Below are positions 38,780-48,522 of a DNA stretch of 64,000 nt, piece after piece. Source of the DNA: Planctomycetota bacterium. GTDB taxonomy: Bacteria > Planctomycetota > Planctomycetia > Pirellulales > Lacipirellulaceae. Position numbers and translations under genes: made by a program. The stretch lies in the NCBI GenBank assembly GCA_039190745.1, contig JBCCXZ010000005.1:1-64000 (forward strand), in the 5' to 3' direction. The stretch's first letter is position 1; each line of letters begins with the position of its first letter. The notes under the pieces were generated by a model that saw only the letters and a program-made list of their open reading frames with translations, had not been told where the DNA came from and made no database searches.

Positions 38780-39961
38780 CTAGTACCACTCCGAGGCCGG
38801 CCGCGTGTCGATCGAGACCGACACCGAATCCCGCGGGACCGAGGCCCACTCGACGCTCGACTCGCGAAACACCGACGGCCACGGTCCGACGACATCATAC
38901 CCGCTCGCGCCCGCTTGGGCGCCTAGAGACGCAACGGCTGCGGCGAACGCCCGACAGTGTTCGGCCTCGTTCGACCTGCAGAACACAACGGCCGTATTTT
39001 CCTTTCCGGCAATCAGGCGTACCTCGACAGTCGCGTCGGTCTGTCCGGCCAGAACCTGCTTCAGGTCTTCCGCCAGGTTCTCTGTGGCGTCGTCGGTCGG
39101 TTGGACCAGCACCGGCGACGCGACATACCCCGATACCCGCTCCACCGCGGCCGGCCACCGCCCGTGCACATCGGCCGGCTTGGCGCCGCTGATGCGGCAA
39201 GCACCCCCGGGGGCTGGTTGCAGGTCCAACCCTATGAAGTCTGCATCGAAGTCGGCCCCGGGCACGACCCCGTGCGGCAATCGCAGTCGGAGGTCTTCGG
39301 CCGACAGCGGCAAGAGCAGCGAACCGTCTGCAATCACCTCGCCGGCGCAGTGCGTGCCGACGAACCGGGCCGCGAGCGATGCCCCGACGAGTGCTTCGAC
39401 TTCTTCCCAACCCCAACCGTGGTAGACCGCGGCGGCCGCTTGGAGCGGCGCGGCCGCGTCGTGCCGGCTGGTGATCACCACCTGGGCCCCCTCGGAGAGC
39501 GCCTTCGCGATCGGCCCCGCGCCCAGCTGTGCCCGAGCCGAGACCACGGCCGAGTCGGGCAGGCCCGGCAGCACGCCCGAGTCCGCCTCAGAGCCTATCG
39601 CCTCCTCCGCCGCGGCGAGCAAATCCCCCCCGGCCACCCACGAGACCAACACGTCGCCGCAGCCGCCCTCACGAAGCGTCGCCGCGACCGCCTCGACGCA
39701 CGCCACGCCCCCCCACCCGCCTCCGTCGCTGATCACCCGCAGGCCCGTCCCCAAGAAGAACGGCTTGATCAGCGCCCGCGTCGCGGTAATCAACCCGCGT
39801 GCGTAGTCGTCCCGGCCGTAACGCTTCACCGCCCCATCAACAGGCCAGCACCCCGGCCACCGGTAGTCGAGTTGCACGACGCACTCGCCCAGCGAATCGA
39901 CCGCCGCCGGCAAGCCGGGGTCGAACCCCGCCGGGTCGCTAACACTGCGGTGGAACTTCAT
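38780..39961 (-). CDS. Divergent AtuA/DUF1446-like protein
   Basis: LRVISDGGG, VAGGDL and SARAQLGAGPIAKALSEGAQVVITSR resemble AtuA SANAYLGAxPIxxALxxGADIVITGR; upstream of a crotonase. Confidence 0.65.
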   Translation of the reverse strand: MKFHRSVSDPAGFDPGLPAAVDSLGECVVQLDYRWPGCWPVDGAVKRYGRDDYARGLITATRALIKPFFLGTGLRVISDGGGWGGVACVEAVAATLREGGCGDVLVSWVAGGDLLAAAEEAIGSEADSGVLPGLPDSAVVSARAQLGAGPIAKALSEGAQVVITSRHDAAAPLQAAAAVYHGWGWEEVEALVGASLAARFVGTHCAGEVIADGSLLLPLSAEDLRLRLPHGVVPGADFDADFIGLDLQPAPGGACRISGAKPADVHGRWPAAVERVSGYVASPVLVQPTDDATENLAEDLKQVLAGQTDATVEVRLIAGKENTAVVFCRSNEAEHCRAFAAAVASLGAQAGASGYDVVGPWPSVFRESSVEWASVPRDSVSVSIDTRPASEWY

Positions 39962-40207
39962 CCACTCCGCCTCGGGTTACTGTCCTGCCGGTTGTGCCAA
40001 TCGTGTCCGGCGGTGCCTTCTGGCTACTCGGTGAGAAAACGCCACGCCGCTTGAGTCGCAAAGGCCACCGCCGCAGGCCATGCCCAGCCCGCTTTCTCGT
40101 CAAACCGCTGGAAAAACAGCCTCCGACGCAATCTCCCTCTCCACGGCACACCCGCTGCTTACTCCTCTGCCGTCCGAAGCCGTCACCCGCGCACCGAGGA
40201 AAACGCC

Positions 40208-41785
40208 GTGGCAAGCAGAACGTCGAAACAACCGCGTGTCAACGAAACCCAAGCCGGAAAGCCCCGAGGCGGGAAGCGCGGCAAACCGAGCGCATCACCA
40301 GCGGACGCCGGGAAGGAAGACGTGCTACAGGCTTCTGCCAACACGCACGACGACCACCACGACAGCGAGTACGACGACCACGAGGGCCCCGCGATCGAAG
40401 ACCCGGTCCGCATGTACCTCATGCAGATGGGCGAGATCCCCATGCTCAACCGCGCTTCGGAAATCGAAGCCGCCAAAGCGATCGAGCTCACACGCCTCCG
40501 CTTCCGCCGGACGATGCTCTGCAACGACTTCATCCTACACGGAGCCGTCGAGCTGCTCGCGAAGGTCGCCGACGGTTCGCTGCGGCTCGACCGGACGATC
40601 GAGATCTCCGTCACCAACACCGCCGAGAAGCGTCGCATCCTGCAACGGATCGAGCCGAACCTGGTGACCATCCGGGCCCTGCTCCACGAGAACCACGCCG
40701 ACTACCGGACCGCCGTGAGCCGCAAAACCACGCCCGCAGCAAAACGCGACGCCTGGCGCCGGCTGATCATCCGCCGCAACAAAGTCATCCGGCTCGTCGA
40801 AGAACTCAACCTCCGCCTGCAGCGGCTCACCCCGCTGATGGACCGGCTGCACGAGATCAACGAGCGGATGCAGGTCATCAAGAGTCAGCTCTCCGACCCG
40901 GCACAGATGCTCCACCCCGGGCAGCAACTCGAGCTGCGGCAGGAGCTGCACTACCTGATGCGGATCACGCTCGAAAGCCCCGCCACGCTGGGCCGCCTCG
41001 TCTCTCGCACCATCGAACGCAAAGGCCGGTACGACGCCGCCAAACGCGACCTCTCCGCCGCCAACCTGCGGCTAGTCGTCTCGATCGCCAAACGGTACCG
41101 CAACCGCGGCATGAGCTTCCTCGACCTCATCCAGGAGGGCAACACCGGCCTGATGCGAGCGGTCGACAAGTTCGAGCACGCCCGCGGCTACAAGTTCTCC
41201 ACGTACGCCACGTGGTGGATCCGGCAAGCGATCACCCGCGCCATCGCCGACCAGAGCCGCACCATCCGCCTGCCGGTGCACATGATCGACACCATGAGCA
41301 AACTCCGGCAGGCCACGAGCGACTTCGTCCAAGAACACGGCCGAGAGCCGAACCCCGAGGAGATCGCCGACATCGCCGGCCTCTCGGTAGAAGACGCCCG
41401 CGTGGTGCACAAGATGACCCGCCAACCGCTGTCGCTCGACCAGCCGGTGGGCGACCACGAAGACAACTACTTCGGCGAGTTCCTCGAAGAACAGCGCGAC
41501 GAAGACCCTCTCTACGAGACGCACATGGAAGCCCTGAAAGACCGCCTCGAACAGGTCATGAACGAGCTCACCTACCGCGAGCGAGAAATCCTCCGCCTCC
41601 GCTACGGCCTGGCCGACGGTTTCACTTACACGCTCGAAGAGGTCGGCAAAATCTTCAGCGTCACCCGCGAGCGCGTCCGCCAGATCGAGAGCAAGGCGGT
41701 GCGTAAGCTCCAGTCGCCCTACCGCTCACGCTCGCTGGCCGGCTTCCTCGACGGCGTCGACCCAGAGCCGGTCGACGCCGTGTAG
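40208..41785 (+). CDS. Group 1/2 sigma70 factor (RpoD-like)
   Basis: Region 1.2 [74 protein letters not shown]; region 4 [18 protein letters not shown]. Confidence 0.95.
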   Translation: MASRTSKQPRVNETQAGKPRGGKRGKPSASPADAGKEDVLQASANTHDDHHDSEYDDHEGPAIEDPVRMYLMQMGEIPMLNRASEIEAAKAIELTRLRFRRTMLCNDFILHGAVELLAKVADGSLRLDRTIEISVTNTAEKRRILQRIEPNLVTIRALLHENHADYRTAVSRKTTPAAKRDAWRRLIIRRNKVIRLVEELNLRLQRLTPLMDRLHEINERMQVIKSQLSDPAQMLHPGQQLELRQELHYLMRITLESPATLGRLVSRTIERKGRYDAAKRDLSAANLRLVVSIAKRYRNRGMSFLDLIQEGNTGLMRAVDKFEHARGYKFSTYATWWIRQAITRAIADQSRTIRLPVHMIDTMSKLRQATSDFVQEHGREPNPEEIADIAGLSVEDARVVHKMTRQPLSLDQPVGDHEDNYFGEFLEEQRDEDPLYETHMEALKDRLEQVMNELTYREREILRLRYGLADGFTYTLEEVGKIFSVTRERVRQIESKAVRKLQSPYRSRSLAGFLDGVDPEPVDAV

Positions 41786-42026
41786 CGGCTGCGTCTATAT
41801 GGGCGAAGAGCGCAAGGCTCCGTACACCTCGCACGCCTTGCATTGGGGCCGGCCGCAGCTAGCGACCCGTGCCGCATCGTTCGGTTTGACCTACGACTCT
41901 CTGTTGCGTGATACTATTTTTCACGCGGTCTAGGGTGCCCACCCGCGGATGCCTTTGGGCCGCACTTATCCGGTAGTATCTTGCCCGAGGGCGCACGCGC
42001 CCCATCAGCAGCAGTGAGGCACGATC

Positions 42027-43670
42027 ATGAGAGGCCTTTTGATCGCGGCAGTTTTTGCTTTTTTCTCCGTCTCCGTCGCAACCGCACAGACCTACCGCTA
42101 CGAAGCCGAGAACGGCTCGCTCGCCGGCAACGGCACTTCCATCCAGAACAACGGCGGAGCCTCCGGTTCCCAGTACGTCCGCTTCAACAGCGGCGACGCG
42201 GGCAACGCCGTGACCGTCAGCCCCACCGACCTCCCCGACGGTCTCTACGAATTGTGGGTCGGCTTCCGCACCCCCTTCGGCGAGAAGGGCTACTACTTCG
42301 ACGTCGGCGGCGTCTCCGGCAGCGGCATGTTCGACGCCTCCTCGGCGTTCAGCGAAGACCTCGCCGGGCTGTTCGCCGTCGACGGCGGCCTCGGCGCCGC
42401 CTCGGTCTCCCAGTTCTGGGGCTACCACGACATCGACTTCCTCGAGTTCCGCCCCTACCAGCCCACCGAAGTGCTCCCGGTGCCGGCGACGCTGGTCAAC
42501 GAGAACGCCGACCTCCGTACCCGCCAGCTCATGCGTTACCTCACCGACATCTACGGCGAGAAAACCCTCAGCGGCCTGCAGCACGACGTCCACTCCGGAA
42601 CCAACACGTTCCCGCCGACCAGCTACGCCTCGAAGTCGGGCGGGCTGCTCCCCGCCGTCCGCGGCTCGGACCTCATGAACTACTCGCCGACCCGCGTGCA
42701 GTTCGGCCAGTCCGCCCACGACGAGGTCGAAGACACCATCGCCTGGGCCCAGCAAACCGGCGGGGTCGTCACCATGATGTGGCACTGGAACGCCCCCGAC
42801 GACCTCATCAACCAGCCCGGTATGGAGTGGTGGCGCGGCTTCTACACCGACTCCACCACGTTCGACCTCGCCGGCGCCCTCAGCAACCCCGGCGGAGCCG
42901 ACTACGGCAAGATCATCAGCGACATCGACGCCATCGCCGTGCAGCTGCAGAAGCTGGAAGACGCCAACATCCCCGTCATCTGGCGCCCGCTGCACGAGGC
43001 CGAAGGCGGCTGGTTCTGGTGGGGCGCCCACGGAGCCGACAACTTCAAGGCCCTCTGGAACATCACCTACGACCGCCTCACCAACCACCACGGCCTCGAC
43101 AATCTCATCTGGGAATTCACCGACCTGGGCGACCCCGAGTGGTACCCAGGCGACGACGTCGTCGACATGATCGGCTTAGACATCTACACCGACCCCACCG
43201 ACAACATGAGCGGCCCGTGGCTCGACGCCCTCGAGCGCTACAACGGCAACAAGCCCATCGCCCTCTCCGAGTCCGGCACGCTGCCCGACGCCGACGAGAT
43301 GGAGCAGTGGGGCATCGCCTGGAACTACTTCGCCACCTGGAACGGCTTCGACAGCGCCTTCACCGCCCAGCAGCTGCAGGAGACCCTCGGCGACGAAGAC
43401 ATCCTCACCCTCGACGAACTCCCCTGGTTCCCCTGGGCCAACACGCTCCCAACCGACGGCGACTACGACAACGACGGCGACACCGACGTCCACGACCTCC
43501 TCTGGTGGCAACGCTGGGACGGCTCCGCCGAAGGCCTGTCGAGCATCGAGGACAACGCCGGACAAGGCTCCACGGCAGCGAATGTCGCGACAACCCCCGA
43601 GCCAACCGCCGCAGTCCTCGCCGTGCTCGCCGTAGCCGGCTTCGTGCACACCCGCAGACGCACGCTCTAG
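42027..43670 (+). CDS. Secreted GH26 beta-mannanase with N-terminal CBM-like domain, dockerin-like module and PEP-CTERM anchor
   Basis: Signal peptide, YEAE, WHWNAP, WRPLHEAEGGWFWWG (acid/base), YPGDDVVD..GLDIY, IALSESG (nucleophile), GDYDNDGDTDVHDLLWWQR, then TPEP+TM+RRR. Confidence 0.92.
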   Translation: MRGLLIAAVFAFFSVSVATAQTYRYEAENGSLAGNGTSIQNNGGASGSQYVRFNSGDAGNAVTVSPTDLPDGLYELWVGFRTPFGEKGYYFDVGGVSGSGMFDASSAFSEDLAGLFAVDGGLGAASVSQFWGYHDIDFLEFRPYQPTEVLPVPATLVNENADLRTRQLMRYLTDIYGEKTLSGLQHDVHSGTNTFPPTSYASKSGGLLPAVRGSDLMNYSPTRVQFGQSAHDEVEDTIAWAQQTGGVVTMMWHWNAPDDLINQPGMEWWRGFYTDSTTFDLAGALSNPGGADYGKIISDIDAIAVQLQKLEDANIPVIWRPLHEAEGGWFWWGAHGADNFKALWNITYDRLTNHHGLDNLIWEFTDLGDPEWYPGDDVVDMIGLDIYTDPTDNMSGPWLDALERYNGNKPIALSESGTLPDADEMEQWGIAWNYFATWNGFDSAFTAQQLQETLGDEDILTLDELPWFPWANTLPTDGDYDNDGDTDVHDLLWWQRWDGSAEGLSSIEDNAGQGSTAANVATTPEPTAAVLAVLAVAGFVHTRRRTL

Positions 43671-43672
43671 GC

Positions 43673-43696
43673 GTGGGATGGGTGTATCCACCCATC
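43673..43696 (+). repeat. REP-like hairpin after the GH26 gene
   Basis: GTGG followed by GATGGGTG-TATC-CACCCATC (8-bp perfect stem). Confidence 0.6.
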
Positions 43697-44004
43697 ACTT
43701 CTCAGACCGTCCATTAGACGCCGATGGACATGCGCGCTTACCCCCACGTCACTGCTGAGGTTCTAGATACTTCTGGAAGTTTGCCACTGCGAAGTGGCAC
43801 GCCGAGAAGGAGCAGAGTTCGACCGAACCGACCACAAACCACCGATGTGTTTGTGTACGACCGATTCAGCGCCTGCGCGGGCGATTGCCTAGGCGGACAA
43901 TCCCGCGAAGCCATCCGCTACTTGCAATCTGATTGCATGTGGGTACGATATGCGTGAACGAGCCAACCGTGCTCACGTACCTTGTATCTACGGCAGCGGA
44001 ACCG

Positions 44005-44613
44005 ATGTTGTCCCGAAGTCTTGCACGCTTGCTAAGCCGACCTGAGACCGCGAACAAACGGCAAGTCATTCGACTTCGCTCATGGCTTGCTGCCCCAGGC
44101 GGACGAACCACGCCGCGAATCCGCGCTGAAGCAATAGCCAACAGGTTCCTTGCCTCACAGGTAGCTCTTTGCTTCCTGCTGGTAGCGACCGGCTGTCGCG
44201 TTGCCCGCAACTCACAGCCCGATCCCAGGACTATCGAATCTGTTTCTTACGTGACGGTAGACGAACTGGCCGCTTCGCTGTCTACGGACAGTGACTCTAC
44301 GGACAGGAACGTTGTGCTTGTCGAGTTCTGCGTTCCTTCTGGTTGCCCCCGTTGTGATGAGATGCGCGCCCCTATCGACCGGTTGGCGAGCGACCAAGGA
44401 CAGCGGCTTGAGGTTCAACGCGTGAATCTCCGCCGCGAGCCCGCCGTCGCTTGGGAGCTGGGAGTCACCGTTTGCCCGAGCTACATCGCGTTTCGTGACG
44501 GTCAAGAGGTGTTTCGGGCGGCTTACCCGACATCCGCCGAACGCATTGCCGCGGAACTCGAAGAGTGCCTGGACATGTCTCCAGCCGATCCGCAGGTATT
44601 CGCCGAACGCTAA
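44005..44613 (+). CDS. Thioredoxin-fold putative lipoprotein (start uncertain)
   Basis: VLVEF..SGCPRC..M.APID.LA..V.RVN..LGV..CPSYIAFRDGQEV; lipobox LLVATG|C. Confidence 0.75.
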   Translation: MLSRSLARLLSRPETANKRQVIRLRSWLAAPGGRTTPRIRAEAIANRFLASQVALCFLLVATGCRVARNSQPDPRTIESVSYVTVDELAASLSTDSDSTDRNVVLVEFCVPSGCPRCDEMRAPIDRLASDQGQRLEVQRVNLRREPAVAWELGVTVCPSYIAFRDGQEVFRAAYPTSAERIAAELEECLDMSPADPQVFAER

Positions 44614-44808
44614 CCAACGGGCGTAATCCAACAACGTGAGGGCCTGCCATAACGAGAAACCCTCCCACCTCTGGCCCTGGAGCACGACCGACAGGGCCAC
44701 ACATAGCCAAGGTTCATTTTGAGGCCCGCGTGCGCCACCCCGAATCAGCGGCTTGGAAGCACCCGCTTTGATCGTGCGCAGTATTGGATTAGGAGGACGA
44801 GAACGCAC

Positions 44809-45360
44809 ATGCACCCTGTTGCAACAGAAACCATCACCGCCTGGAACGCAGAAACGGTAGCTGATTTCGCCGCCGGCAGCCCTGACATCCTGGTGCTGAA
44901 ACGACCCCCACTAAACAACCTCGGCCCGGTTGTCCAGGCAGGGCGCATCCACGAGTTCCTGGCGACCGTCCGTCGCCAGAAGATCGCTCTAGAGGTCCGA
45001 GCCGGGCTGGGCGAGTTTCGAATCAGGTCGCCCGAATTGGCGTCCGACCTCATCAACCTGCTAACTTCGTTCCTCGACCAGTTTGACCTGCCGGAAGCCA
45101 GGCTCCGGATCGAGATCTCTCGGTCGCAGCCGTGTCCAAAGTTCCACAGCGATAACATCCACGTACGGATGGTCACCACCTACGTCGGCCCAACCACCGA
45201 GTACCAGTACGCCGGAGAGAGCACCACCCACGCCGCCCCGCTGCAAGGGCTTGTGTTCCTCAAAGGGAACCATCACCCCACCCACCACGACACGGTGCAC
45301 CACCGCTCGCCAGAGGTACCGGCCGGCGAAAAACGCTTATGCGTGGCGATCGACTACTAG
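44809..45360 (+). CDS. DUF1826 family protein
   Basis: CPKFHSDNIHVRMVTTYVGPTTEY, FLKG, VHHRSP, KRL match DUF1826 motifs; SD AGGAGG upstream of ATG 44809. Confidence 0.85.
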   Translation: MHPVATETITAWNAETVADFAAGSPDILVLKRPPLNNLGPVVQAGRIHEFLATVRRQKIALEVRAGLGEFRIRSPELASDLINLLTSFLDQFDLPEARLRIEISRSQPCPKFHSDNIHVRMVTTYVGPTTEYQYAGESTTHAAPLQGLVFLKGNHHPTHHDTVHHRSPEVPAGEKRLCVAIDY

Positions 45361-45526
45361 GTTCTGGTCGTCGACGGCTCAACGCAGTGTCGATCTAACT
45401 CCCCTCATTGCCTCAAGATCGGCGACAATCGAAGTAGCCATAAAAAATTAGTATGCACCACCTGGATTGGCTGGAAGCGCACATCCGCTTCGCCACTAAC
45501 GTAGACGCCTATACGAAGGATAAACC

Positions 45527-45748
45527 GTGAACGACGACCACGCCTTCCCTTCCTCGTACGAGCAGTGGCGGCACTGCATCGAAGGCATCGGCAAGATACG
45601 ACTGACGCCGAGTTACCTCAGCAAGCGCCTGTCAGAACTACAGGATGAGAAGAATGCAAATACCCGTGAGTTTTCTAGGCTCTACGGAAACGATCGCCTC
45701 CAGCGAACCATCGAGTGGTTCCGTCGGGCGGCTGACGAATTGACCTGA
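45527..45748 (+). CDS. 73-aa small hypothetical protein
   Basis: SD GAAGGA before GTG; pattern P.SYEQWRHCI..I.LT..Y...RL..L.D...T..F..LYG......WF, which I recall beside DUF1826/COG0523 loci (unverified). Confidence 0.8.
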   Translation: MNDDHAFPSSYEQWRHCIEGIGKIRLTPSYLSKRLSELQDEKNANTREFSRLYGNDRLQRTIEWFRRAADELT

Positions 45749-46200
45749 GTAACTCGAACACAAGCGGCGCCAAGAGTTGCTTGCCGAGACGGTCACTAAG
45801 CGGCGTGCGGCAGCATAGACGCAGGTATCGCACGCAGCGTCGGGCCGCCCCTTCGTGCTTCGCTCACTCGCTGAAACAACTGGGTTCTAGTCAAGCGGAC
45901 GCGAGACTGCAGCGCCAGCTTTCCGGTCCAACACTCCTGCTGCAAGAAGAGGCTCGCGCCTACGGAGAAGCACCACCTGCCTCACATCCAGGCAGTCGAA
46001 CCGGACGCACACTAAGTGGTCCAAACACCTACTCAGCAAGGCTTGCCTAGCGAGATGGAAATCGAATCAAGTCACTGCAGTATCCGTAGAACAGTAGTGG
46101 CAAGTAGCGATGATCAAAAAATTATGATTATCGACAATTAAGAAAGCTTGCGGCGAGTGACGAGGGATGCGAGATTGGTTTGCAGAATTGTGAGCCTACT

Positions 46201-46674
46201 ATGAACGCATCGCCTCTCAGGCGTTCTATCACCGCCCTGCTTGTCACGCAGCTTGCCCTCCTGGGACTCACAGGAGAGTCGCTCCACTATTTGCTGGAGC
46301 CGAGCAACCCTCTCACCGAAGCGGGACAGCAACAAGCGGACGGCGAAAAGCACGTCCACTTCCACCGTCACGGCGCAGACTACCATTGGCACGCACACGC
46401 CGTACCCTCAGTAAGCCGAGCGTCAGCGTCTGAGAATGTCAGAGAGGACGGCGTCGCCGATGCCGTCCGGATGCCGGCATTCTGCCACACACAGCACGCC
46501 TGCCCGGTCCTGAGCGCCCTCTCGGCACTCGAGGACGCGACATCGCAACACTCTGTCTTCGAACAGGTTGCTAATCATCAGCGGTTGCTGCGGAGCCAAG
46601 CTTGGCTCTGCTGGGATTGCGATCATTCTCGTGCCAACACCGCACGCGGACCGCCGGCTACCCCCTTCGGATAG
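46201..46674 (+). CDS. His/Cys-rich DUF2946-like leader protein with C-terminal RGPP motif
   Basis: N-terminal hydrophobic segment, HVHFHRHGADYHWHAH, CHTQHACPV, and ARGPP five residues before the stop. Confidence 0.75.
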   Translation: MNASPLRRSITALLVTQLALLGLTGESLHYLLEPSNPLTEAGQQQADGEKHVHFHRHGADYHWHAHAVPSVSRASASENVREDGVADAVRMPAFCHTQHACPVLSALSALEDATSQHSVFEQVANHQRLLRSQAWLCWDCDHSRANTARGPPATPFG

Positions 46675-46866
46675 CTCTGTTCTCGGTCCACTTCGATGAG
46701 TTTCTCAGGGTCGGTACGCGCTAAGCCCGTCCACTCCAGCCCACATCCGGGCGTAAGTCGGTCGACGAAGCAGCTTAGCGTTCCCGCCACTCACTCTCGC
46801 TGAAACGCACTCGGCCGCCCCCGCCAATGTGTGGCGGTGCGCCATCGCCTAAGGAAAACAACTCTC

Positions 46867-47796
46867 GTGAAGACTCGAATCCCTATCTTCTGTTTACTCG
46901 CCTTCGCGGCCGCCTGCGCAGGCTTCTCCGGCGAAGCCCACTCCCACGGCCTGCAGATCCTGCTCGACTCGGACGGGTCAGGCGGCCTGCTAGGCGGGTA
47001 CGCGAGCGGCCCGCACCCACGCGTGACAGGCGTCCAGATCGACGAGGCGCTGTTGTGGGACGAACGCGTCCGCTACGCACCGGACTACCCCAAAGACCTC
47101 GCGAACGGCATACCGGGAACCCTCCTGCCGGGCGACCCGCCAGTAGAGATCACTTGGCAAGGGCACAAGTACCTGATCGAGTACCACCCCGCCGAGTGGG
47201 ATACCCAACTCGAGTGGCGGCTGGCGCCAGAGTCGAGCGACTTCCCAGGCGTCACGCCGTTGCGCGGCGCCTTCGAGGAGATCAACGCACACTACGGCGA
47301 CGGAACGCTCGACCTCCGTTTCAATCTGCAAGGGCCGCTGCGGCGATGGGACGGAGGAGCGTTCACGCCCGCGACCGACGCAAGCGTGAGCCTCACTAGC
47401 CAAGACTGGCCCGAACCAGACGACGGATTCTGGTACGTCGAGTTGCACGACGAAGTGACGTCCTCAACCGGTGTTGTCTCCACAGTTCCTTACGATATCT
47501 CGTGGTCCGGCTACGACGACGGCGAGCACTGGCATTACCTGTGGACCCTCAACGGCCCCGACGAGCTAACGCCCGCCCCCGAGGGCGTGTACCTCGTCGA
47601 GTTCACAATCAGCAGCGGAGACGGCGGCGTGGAGAGCCACCCGATGTGGCTGCTGCTGCGGCAGGGCCTCGACGCTAACTCGGCGACCTACCTTGCCGCG
47701 GAGGCGGCGGCAATCGCAGCGGTCCCCGAGCCCGCCGCACTCGCCGTCGCAATGCTCGGCGTCACGGCGCTGACTGCACGCCGGCGGAGGGCCTAA
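46867..47796 (+). CDS. PEP-CTERM surface protein, putative metal-binding
   Basis: AAGGA then GTG 46867; signal peptide AHS|HG; EHWHYLW..APEGVY; VPEP+TM+RRRR. Confidence 0.88.
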   Translation: MKTRIPIFCLLAFAAACAGFSGEAHSHGLQILLDSDGSGGLLGGYASGPHPRVTGVQIDEALLWDERVRYAPDYPKDLANGIPGTLLPGDPPVEITWQGHKYLIEYHPAEWDTQLEWRLAPESSDFPGVTPLRGAFEEINAHYGDGTLDLRFNLQGPLRRWDGGAFTPATDASVSLTSQDWPEPDDGFWYVELHDEVTSSTGVVSTVPYDISWSGYDDGEHWHYLWTLNGPDELTPAPEGVYLVEFTISSGDGGVESHPMWLLLRQGLDANSATYLAAEAAAIAAVPEPAALAVAMLGVTALTARRRRA

Positions 47797-47799
47797 ACC

Positions 47800-48495
47800 A
47801 TGGGGCCCCCGCTCCGCCGGGCCGGGTTCACCCTTGTCGAGCTGCTCGTGGTGATCGCCATCATTGGAGTGCTCATCGCCATGCTCTTGCCTGCGGTCCA
47901 GGGCGCGCGGGAAGCCGCGCGCTCGGCCGCCAGCAAGAACAACCTGCGGCCGATAGGCCTCGCGGTGCAGATGTACTGCGACACGCACGACGGCGTGTTC
48001 CCCGAACTCGACCACAGCTACGGCGAAGACTCACGCTCGTGGATTTTCTCGCTCGAGCCTCATGTTGAGTCGGTCGACGCGATCCGCATCTGCCCGACCG
48101 ACGAGTTTGGCGATGACCGGTTGAGGCTCGACATGTCGAGCTACGTCCTGAACGACTACCTCGTTGGCGAGGTCGAGTGGGGCGTGCGCGACCGCGACAA
48201 GCTGCAAGCGACTACCAGGACCCTGCTCGCCATGGAGATCGCCGACCCGCCTCAGGACGCTCACGGCCAACCGGACGTGACCGCCCAGTACGAGCACGCC
48301 CACGCTAGCGCGTGGTTCACGCCCGGGGCGATCACCTTCGGACTGGTCCAAGCGAACGTCGAGAAAGACATCTGCCTCGACCGGCACAGCACCGGTTCGC
48401 ACTACCTGTACGTCAGCGGCCACGTGAAGACCATCTCTGCCGCGCAGGTCCACGAATGGATCGATCAACCGCACGATTTCGCGCGTCCGCAGTGA
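47800..48495 (+). CDS. Short DUF1559 prepilin-type protein
   Basis: [48 protein letters not shown]9-SG variant of H-X9-DG; starts 3 nt after the upstream stop. Confidence 0.92.
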   Translation: MGPPLRRAGFTLVELLVVIAIIGVLIAMLLPAVQGAREAARSAASKNNLRPIGLAVQMYCDTHDGVFPELDHSYGEDSRSWIFSLEPHVESVDAIRICPTDEFGDDRLRLDMSSYVLNDYLVGEVEWGVRDRDKLQATTRTLLAMEIADPPQDAHGQPDVTAQYEHAHASAWFTPGAITFGLVQANVEKDICLDRHSTGSHYLYVSGHVKTISAAQVHEWIDQPHDFARPQ

Positions 48496-48522
48496 CGCGC
48501 TCCCTAGAAAGGACAGGAAACA

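Noticed and set aside
45867..46806. Shared 11-mer CTCGCTGAAAC at 45867-45877 and 46796-46806, each ~120 nt after a stop codon
   Set aside because: Flanking similarity is only patchy and cannot be distinguished from chance by eye.
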